From: a virus | Lineage: Duplodnaviria > Caudoviricetes | Length of the DNA stretch: 64,000 nt | Direction: 5' to 3' (one strand) | Virus record (IMG/VR): IMGVR_UViG_3300011832_000001 | Location: 32,001-96,000 of that record | Shown: piece after piece, positions 59,312 through 64,000 of the stretch | How the letters are laid out: every line of letters starts with the position of its first letter | Numbering within the stretch: position 1 is the first letter of the stretch | Position numbers and translations under genes: made by a program | Notes under the pieces: model-generated | Database searches by the model: none | What the model was told of the DNA's origin: nothing | What the model saw: only the letters and a program-made list of their open reading frames with translations

Positions 59312-59517
59312 AAACAGAAAAAGAGATTCAAGAAAGAATTGATGAACATTATAAGAAAATTAAAATTTTTGAAAGAATCATCAAAAAGAATGGAGAAAGT
59401 TTAGGACTTACTCTAGCGATAGAAATTCAAGAGACATATATTCTAGGTTTGGAATGGGTCTTAAATGAATCAAAGCTAGAAGACAAACTTATAAAAAAAG
59501 CTATTGACAAGAAGTAA
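59308..59517 (+). CDS. Hypothetical protein
   Basis: GGAG RBS, ATGA overlap. Confidence 0.6.
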   Translation: MKTEKEIQERIDEHYKKIKIFERIIKKNGESLGLTLAIEIQETYILGLEWVLNESKLEDKLIKKAIDKK

Positions 59518-59532
59518 GTAATATGATATAAT
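59504..59532 (+). promoter_or_regulatory. sigmaA promoter
   Basis: TTGACA-17-TATAAT with TG; predicted start coincides with ACAGCAA RNA 2. Confidence 0.85.
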
Positions 59533-59539
59533 AAGATAA

Positions 59540-59661
59540 AGACACAAACAGCAAATTTTCCAAATTATATTTCTGCAAAAATAAGGTGGGAGTTCGAATC
59601 TTCCCTTTCCGATACTAGGTCTTGGAATGTGGTGTAATGGTAGCACAAAAATGGTGTGTCT
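59540..59661 (+). ncRNA. ACAGCAA-motif RNA, copy 2: YrlA-like circularly permuted tRNA mimic
   Basis: AGACACA/TGTGTCT stem; T arm, closed acceptor stem and D arm in permuted order. Confidence 0.8.
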
Positions 59662-59704
59662 AGTAAATGACCTTCCTAGTGGGTCTAAATTATTTTAAAT
59701 TTAA

Positions 59705-59850
59705 ATTTATTCTAGTACGGTCGCCCGTATCCCAATTGGTTAAGACGACTCAAAAAGCTGATGGCTACCTGCCTAGTAATAGGAAATATCTACCTCAGAT
59801 TAGTAGAGGGCAAACTCAGCATAAAAGGTTGGAATACCTCTAGAATAAAT
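59705..59850 (+). ncRNA. Unknown ~146-nt structured RNA
   Basis: 11-bp terminal stem ATTTATTCTAG/CTAGAATAAAT with nested stems. Confidence 0.6.
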
Positions 59851-59855
59851 ATTTT

Positions 59856-59930
59856 GGACTCTTAGCTCAGAGGAAGAGCCGTCAGCTCATAACTGACAGG
59901 TCGAGATTTCGAAATTCTCAGAGTCCACCA
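59856..59930 (+). tRNA. tRNA-Ile2(CAU) (or elongator Met)
   Basis: CT-CAT-AA; GGAC acceptor start as in Bacillus Ile2; CCA. Confidence 0.8.
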
Positions 59931-59934
59931 ATAT

Positions 59935-60005
59935 TGCTCATCTAAGGGTTTAGACTTACGTCTCATAAGCGTGATGAAGTGGTTCAACTCCACTATGAGC
60001 AACCA
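59935..60005 (+). tRNA. Atypical tRNA(CAU) with reduced D arm
   Basis: TGCTCAT/ATGAGCA acceptor, CT-CAT-AA loop, T arm, CCA; 71 nt. Confidence 0.6.
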
Positions 60006-60015
60006 AATTTAATAC

Positions 60016-60044
60016 TTGACAAATGGTTTCAAGTATGGTATAAT
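60016..60044 (+). promoter_or_regulatory. sigmaA promoter
   Basis: TTGACA-17-TATAAT with TG. Confidence 0.8.
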
Positions 60045-60057
60045 AAGTATATAACAT

Positions 60058-60132
60058 GGGGGATTAGCTCAATTTGGTTAGAGCGTTGCACTGTCTATGC
60101 AAAGGTTGCGAGTTCAAGTCTCGTATCTCTCG
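60058..60132 (+). tRNA. tRNA-Asp(GUC)
   Basis: CT-GTC-TA, G73; no CCA. Confidence 0.88.
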
Positions 60133-60202
60133 TTAGAATCTCAAGCGAAACACAAGCGAAGTTCCGTTTCTTCTATTAACGCCACTGAGGTTCTTCTAAT
60201 AT

Positions 60203-60279
60203 GGCTGTCGGGAGGTTGGCATCTCAAGTAGTCTCATAAGCTACAGTAATTTGGTTCGATTCCAAAGGTTCAGCAACCA
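60203..60279 (+). tRNA. Atypical tRNA(CAU) with irregular acceptor stem
   Basis: GTAGT-CTCATAA-GCTAC, TTTGG-TTCGATT-CCAAA, CCA. Confidence 0.6.
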
Positions 60280-60286
60280 ATTTAAG

Positions 60287-60898
60287 TTTCAATGCTTAAA
60301 TAAATAAATCTACTAAACCTAGTGCAAGAATGGCGTAAGACACCATGCTAGGACGGTATCGTGTAAAATCCAATGTGGTCAAAGAGTGGGATACTGCTCA
60401 TTGATGAATACACAGCACATCTTATGGCGACATAAGAATAGCCAATAGTAAAAGCTATTGTTGGTGAGGTAACGTGTGGAGCTTAATGATTCATAAAGTA
60501 CAGTGAACTAGTGGCGATGACAATAGACAGTCAAAGTTTGACGTTGAAGCCTATAGCGCTTCCAAAGGGATTTGGAAGTATAGATGCGTAGGTAATCCAA
60601 AAACAAATCGCTATCCGTTGAAGCAACAGAAATGTTTTGTATAACACTAGAAACTGATGCAAGTAGCCTTATCGGATTAGTTTAATATAGAGTATATTTG
60701 AAGACTTTATGTAAAATAACTATCTGAATGTCTTCGGTGAAAGCTGTAACCCGTTGCGGTTGACAACGCCTTGAAATGCAATAAGATGTTTCGAAGTAGC
60801 TAGCGAAGCACAGACTTATTGAGCGTTTGACTGAATAATGAAGCAGTTAAGTGAAGCAGGAGTAAAAGCCTAGTGATTTATTTATTTAAGTATTGAAA
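60287..60898 (+). ncRNA. Large structured RNA (~610 nt), ROOL-like (GOLLD alternative)
   Basis: 24-bp terminal pairing, no long ORF, many internal hairpins, inside a phage tRNA array; family assignment from size and context only. Confidence 0.65.
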
Positions 60899-60905
60899 AT
60901 ACTTT

Positions 60906-60980
60906 GGGGAGATAGCTGAGATAGATTAGCGAAGGTTTGAAACGCCTTAGAGGTTGGAGCGTTACCAACTCTTCCCACCA
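60906..60980 (+). tRNA. tRNA-Phe(GAA)
   Basis: TT-GAA-AC; non-canonical T-loop AGCGTTA; CCA. Confidence 0.82.
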
Positions 60981-60985
60981 AATAT

Positions 60986-61076
60986 GGAGCGTTACCCAAG
61001 TCAGGTTGAAGGGGACAGGTTGCTACCTTGTTAGGCGTTAATTCGTGCGTGGGTTCAAATCCCACACGCTCCTCCA
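60986..61076 (+). tRNA. tRNA-Ser(GCU)
   Basis: TT-GCT-AC, long variable arm, CCA. Confidence 0.9.
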
Positions 61077-61091
61077 TTTTAAAAATAACTG

Positions 61092-61120
61092 TTGACAAAC
61101 AGTTGATTAAATGCTATAAT
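61092..61120 (+). promoter_or_regulatory. sigmaA promoter
   Basis: TTGACA-17-TATAAT with TG. Confidence 0.8.
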
Positions 61121-61138
61121 ATAAATATAGCAAAACAT

Positions 61139-61212
61139 AGTGGTATAGCTTAATGGTAAAGCCTTTCGCTGATAACGGAAAGATGGTAGTTCAATTCTAC
61201 CTACCACTACCA
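61139..61212 (+). tRNA. tRNA-Ile(GAU)
   Basis: CT-GAT-AA, CCA. Confidence 0.92.
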
Positions 61213-61217
61213 AATAC

Positions 61218-61293
61218 GTGTCCTTAGCTCAGTGGTTAGAGCGCTCGCCTGTTAAGCGAGATGTCCTCGGTTCAAATCCTGTAGGATACGCCA
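61218..61293 (+). tRNA. tRNA-Asn(GUU)
   Basis: CT-GTT-AA, G73, CCA; T-stem mismatched (CTCGG/CCTGT). Confidence 0.82.
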
Positions 61294-61297
61294 ATAT

Positions 61298-61384
61298 GGG
61301 GATTCGCTAGAGTTGGAGAGCTAGGACGGGCTGTAACCCCGTTGCGTTTACGCTGATAGTGTTCGAATCACTAAGTCCTCACCA
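61298..61384 (+). tRNA. tRNA-Tyr(GUA)
   Basis: CT-GTA-AC, long variable arm, CCA. Confidence 0.9.
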
Positions 61385-61385
61385 T

Positions 61386-61459
61386 GCTTGATTAGTTTAA
61401 TGGGAAAACATCTGTTTTACATGCAGAAGTCAGTGGTTCGATTCCACTATCGAGTACCA
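61386..61459 (+). tRNA. tRNA-Val(UAC)
   Basis: TT-TAC-AT, CCA. Confidence 0.9.
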
Positions 61460-61463
61460 ATAT

Positions 61464-61539
61464 GGGGAATTAGTTTACATGGATAAAACACTTGGTTTGC
61501 AACCAAGAAAAATCAGTTCAATTCTGATATTCTCCACCA
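61464..61539 (+). tRNA. tRNA-Ala(UGC)
   Basis: TT-TGC-AA, G3.U70, CCA. Confidence 0.92.
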
Positions 61540-61545
61540 AATTAT

Positions 61546-61623
61546 GGGACGGTAGCTCAGGGGAATTAGAGCAGTTGGCTTTTAACCAACGGGTCGAAGG
61601 TTCGAATCCTTCTCGTCTCACCA
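61546..61623 (+). tRNA. tRNA-Lys(UUU)
   Basis: CT-TTT-AA, CCA. Confidence 0.92.
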
Positions 61624-61630
61624 TTATTAT

Positions 61631-61738
61631 TGGGAAGACAACATGGTTGGCTCTATGACGGTAGAGAGAAATATAGGTGCAACTCCTATACACTTCGGTG
61701 AGTAGTAAAATGTGAGTTCAAGTCTCACCTTCCCAACC
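61631..61738 (+). ncRNA. tRNA-like RNA: acceptor stem and T arm with three non-tRNA hairpins
   Basis: TGGGAAG/CTTCCCA; GTGAG-TTCAAGT-CTCAC. Confidence 0.65.
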
Positions 61739-61749
61739 CTTTTAAATAT

Positions 61750-61823
61750 GGCTTCGTATTCCAATTGGCAGAGAAAACGGTCTTAGAAACCGTACAGTGT
61801 GAGTTCGAGTCTCACCGAAGCTA
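61750..61823 (+). tRNA. tRNA-Leu(UAG), short variable arm
   Basis: CT-TAG-AA; no CCA. Confidence 0.85.
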
Positions 61824-61902
61824 CTTAAAGACCCCTTCGAAACTGCGGTTGACGATTAAATGGTGTTATCTCTACGGAGAGCATCATCGAGGGAAATATT
61901 AT

Positions 61903-61979
61903 GTGCAATTAGCTTAATTGGAAAAAGCCCCTGACTACGAATCAGGTAGCTGTAAGTTCGAGTCTTACATTGCACACCA
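61903..61979 (+). tRNA. tRNA-Arg(ACG)
   Basis: CT-ACG-AA, CCA. Confidence 0.92.
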
Positions 61980-61983
61980 TCAT

Positions 61984-62055
61984 GTCCCGTTAGTCAAGTG
62001 GTTAAGACGTTAGATTTTCAATCTAAAGGCAGGAGTTCGATTCTCCTACGGGGTA
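61984..62055 (+). tRNA. tRNA-Glu(UUC)
   Basis: TT-TTC-AA; no CCA. Confidence 0.88.
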
Positions 62056-62063
62056 TTTATTAT

Positions 62064-62151
62064 GGAGACGTAGACATAATTGGTATTGTGGTGCTCTTGA
62101 AAAGCATTGAGCCTAACGGCTTTGTCGGTTCGAGTCCGACCGTCTCCTCCA
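62064..62151 (+). tRNA. tRNA-Ser(UGA)
   Basis: CT-TGA-AA, long variable arm, CCA. Confidence 0.9.
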
Positions 62152-62289
62152 TTTTGATTTTTGTGACACGTATTAGAATTTGGGAAACAGGTTAGTTAGA
62201 GACCATCCTAATGATAAGCAAGAAAGTGTTGTAGCTTATTGCTTGATTCTAACATCATTTTTCTAGTACGTGGTCAGAGAAATCAAAAT
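62151..62289 (+). ncRNA. Rod-shaped ~139-nt RNA with internal bubbles
   Basis: ATTTTGATTT/AAATCAAAAT, ACGTATTAGAA/TTCTAGTACGT, GTTAG/CTAAC, ATAAGC/GCTTAT. Confidence 0.6.
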
Positions 62290-62295
62290 TAATAG

Positions 62296-62324
62296 TTGAC
62301 ATTTTGGTTAATCTATGTTATAAT
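62296..62324 (+). promoter_or_regulatory. sigmaA promoter for ACAGCAA RNAs 3-5
   Basis: TTGACA-17-TATAAT with TG. Confidence 0.85.
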
Positions 62325-62342
62325 TATATTATAAGGTTAAGA

Positions 62343-62398
62343 AAGACTCGTAAACAGCAATTTATAAAAATTAGGATGAATTTTATTAATTGAGTCTT
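62343..62398 (+). ncRNA. ACAGCAA-motif RNA, copy 3
   Basis: AAGACTCG/TGAGTCTT stem, ACAGCAA, AU-rich inner hairpin. Confidence 0.7.
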
Positions 62399-62424
62399 GT
62401 TACATACCTACAATGGGTAGGTCA

Positions 62425-62541
62425 AAAGCACATACAGCAATAAATTCTTACGAATTTACAAATCTGAACAAATATCAGGTATATCATCGAAAGGTGACGT
62501 GTTTGGAATCTGCTTGACGAGACGACAGATTCTTGTGCTTT
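62425..62541 (+). ncRNA. ACAGCAA-motif RNA, copy 4 (four-hairpin cargo)
   Basis: AAAGCACA/TGTGCTTT stem, ACAGCAA. Confidence 0.7.
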
Positions 62542-62550
62542 GTTTATTAT

Positions 62551-62632
62551 CCTTGAGTGGCGGAATGGCAGACGCTGAGGACTTAAAATCCTTTGTCTTT
62601 ATGACGTGAGAGTTCGAGTCTCTCCTTGAGGA
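62551..62632 (+). tRNA. tRNA-Leu(UAA)
   Basis: CT-TAA-AA, long variable arm; no CCA. Confidence 0.88.
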
Positions 62633-62642
62633 CTTATATTAT

Positions 62643-62714
62643 GCGCCTATAGTTAAACGGATATAACACATCCCTTCTAAGGATATATTCGAGGTTCGAT
62701 TCCTCGTGGGCGTA
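62643..62714 (+). tRNA. tRNA-Arg(UCU)
   Basis: CT-TCT-AA; no CCA. Confidence 0.88.
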
Positions 62715-62749
62715 TTAGCAAGACATAGCTTACCATTGTAAGCAAGTTT

Positions 62750-62817
62750 TAGGCACTAACAGCAAACTTTACACTATTAAAATTATTCGGAAAATTTAAT
62801 TGAAGTAAAAGTGCCTA
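62750..62817 (+). ncRNA. ACAGCAA-motif RNA, copy 5
   Basis: TAGGCACT/AGTGCCTA stem, ACAGCAA, inner TTTAC/GTAAA and AU hairpin. Confidence 0.7.
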
Positions 62818-62820
62818 GTT

Positions 62821-62925
62821 ACATACCACTATGTCGGAATAGTGGATATGTCGGTATTGACGGATACCGTCTAGAATGGCTTCTAATTGTCATAATGAAA
62901 GACTTGCAGACTTTAAATAGTCTGC
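62821..62925 (+). ncRNA. Unknown multi-hairpin RNA
   Basis: CCACTAT/ATAGTGG, GACGG/CCGTC, TAGAA/TTCTA, GCAGACT/AGTCTGC. Confidence 0.5.
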
Positions 62926-62932
62926 CCTCTAT

Positions 62933-63006
62933 AGGTCTTTGGTGTAGTGGTAACACGCTGAGTTCCAACCTCAGAATCGTGGGTTCGATTCCTACAAGAT
63001 TTGCCA
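62933..63006 (+). tRNA. tRNA-Trp(CCA)
   Basis: TT-CCA-AC, G73, CCA. Confidence 0.9.
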
Positions 63007-63011
63007 ATTAT

Positions 63012-63084
63012 GTGGGATTAGTTTAACGGTAGAATATCGGTCTTCCAAACCGAAGGTGCTAGGGTTCGACCCCCTCATCCCATA
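63012..63084 (+). tRNA. tRNA-Gly(UCC)
   Basis: CT-TCC-AA; irregular T-stem; no CCA. Confidence 0.8.
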
Positions 63085-63167
63085 TCAAAAAAAGAGCGAA
63101 GAAACGCATTGTTGGATAAGTCCCAACACTTCGCTCTCCATTTTTTTATAGAAAGGAGAGCTTAAGA

Positions 63168-63740
63168 GTGTGGAAAGATGTTATTGGATTTGAAGATTTA
63201 TATCAAATCAATGAACATGGAGAAATCAAAAACAAAGAAGACGGTTCATTGCTAAAGTATTACATTAGTGGTTCAGGGTATAAATTCTATAAGTTTTTAG
63301 GAGATAGAACTAAGAGTCACTATGCTCATGTTTTAGTCGCTACTCATTTTATTCCAAATATTCATTCTAAGCCTGAGGTAAATCATATTGACCATGATAA
63401 ATTAAATTGTCATGTAGATAACCTAGAGTGGGTTACGAGAAAAGAGAATATGGAAAAAAGTGCAGTATTTTATGGTGGTAGAATTGAAGGTACTTGTGAG
63501 TATTGTAATAATAAGTTTATGTTTAAAAAATCAGAAGAACTTAGATTTTGTTCCATGAAGTGCTATAACCTGAGCACAAGATTGATTGAAAGACCAAGTA
63601 AAGAAGAACTTTTAGAATTGGTAAAATCGAAACCATTTACAAAAATAGGTGAAATGTTTGGCGTATCGGATAATGCTATTCGTAAATGGTGCGAAGATTA
63701 TGGATTACCAAGAACAAAGAAAGAATTAAGAAAATTATAA
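63168..63740 (+). CDS. NUMOD4-HNH homing endonuclease with C-terminal HTH
   Basis: WKDVIGFEDLYQIN, VNHIDHDKLNC..NLEWVT..EN, IGEMFGVSDNAIRKW. Confidence 0.9.
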   Translation: MWKDVIGFEDLYQINEHGEIKNKEDGSLLKYYISGSGYKFYKFLGDRTKSHYAHVLVATHFIPNIHSKPEVNHIDHDKLNCHVDNLEWVTRKENMEKSAVFYGGRIEGTCEYCNNKFMFKKSEELRFCSMKCYNLSTRLIERPSKEELLELVKSKPFTKIGEMFGVSDNAIRKWCEDYGLPRTKKELRKL

Positions 63741-63790
63741 ATAGGGAGTGGTTTTTATGCCAACTCAAAATGATTATATTCAGTGGCTAG

Positions 63791-63826
63791 TGAGCAATCT
63801 CCGTAAGTGAGTTTGCTCTTTTTTTA
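63791..63826 (+). terminator. Intrinsic terminator
   Basis: GAGCAA...TTGCTC plus T7. Confidence 0.7.
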
Positions 63827-63845
63827 TGCAGAAAGGAGTTTTTAA

Positions 63846-64000
63846 ATGTCAATTAATATTGAATATCTTCAAGTTGGAGATTTATTAAAAGTAAAAAGAA
63901 CAGAAGAGATAAAAGAAATTTCAGAAATGGAAGACGGATATATTGTAATGTCCGATAATACAACTTATACCGTAGAAGAACTTGAAGATGTAACCTTAGA
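63846..64000 (+). CDS. Hypothetical protein, truncated by the window end
   Basis: AAAGGAG RBS; open frame MSINIEYLQVGDLLKVK... Confidence 0.6.
   Translation, partial: MSINIEYLQVGDLLKVKRTEEIKEISEMEDGYIVMSDNTTYTVEELEDVTL

Noticed and set aside
60287-60898. tmRNA, RNase P RNA or group I intron
   Set aside because: No tRNA-Ala-like ends or tag frame, no RNase P P4 signature recognised, and no P7 elements like those in the tail-gene introns.
62370-62795. Anticodon mimicry in the loops of ACAGCAA copies 3-5
   Set aside because: The best pairings give 4-, 6- or 8-nt loops rather than canonical 7-nt anticodon loops.
55887-62817. ACAGCAA repeats as a CRISPR array or a known riboswitch
   Set aside because: They are dispersed, not regularly spaced, no cas genes are present, and four of five copies are not upstream of a CDS.
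57996-63026. ORF-track entries overlapping tRNAs (57996-58265, 59979-60179, 60886-61098, 61475-61693, 61998-62195, 62811-63026, 62819-63007)
   Set aside because: Spurious frames across tRNA and ncRNA genes, with no convincing RBS.

Overview
This is a 64-kb segment of a large, AT-rich tailed phage (siphovirus-like) of a Bacillota host, with an SPbeta-like morphogenesis gene order and many consensus sigmaA promoters. (1) 1-8.8 kb, + strand: nucleotide and replication genes (HNH, dUTPase, ClpP, ThyA, thymidine kinase, DnaE). (2) 8.9-52.2 kb, - strand: lysis cassette, tail, head and packaging genes, PhoH, HU-like protein and a tyrosine recombinase. The major tail protein gene is split by two group I introns that flank a 14-nt micro-exon. 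(3) 52.3-52.5 kb: an AT-rich origin-like array of hairpins with tandem G.A pairs. (4) 52.6-64 kb, + strand: a UvrD helicase, a Ro60/TROVE-like vWA (DUF2828-type) gene, and an RNA island with about 25 tRNAs covering all 20 amino acids, a ~610-nt ROOL/GOLLD-class RNA and several unexplained structured RNAs. The best candidate for a new system is five RNAs that share a covarying closing stem plus an invariant ACAGCAA strand but carry different cargo. One sits in the leader of the Ro60-like gene and displays a tRNA-Lys anticodon loop; another is a circularly permuted tRNA. They look like a new Y-RNA-like family for the phage Ro60-like protein. All calls were made by eye, without database searches.
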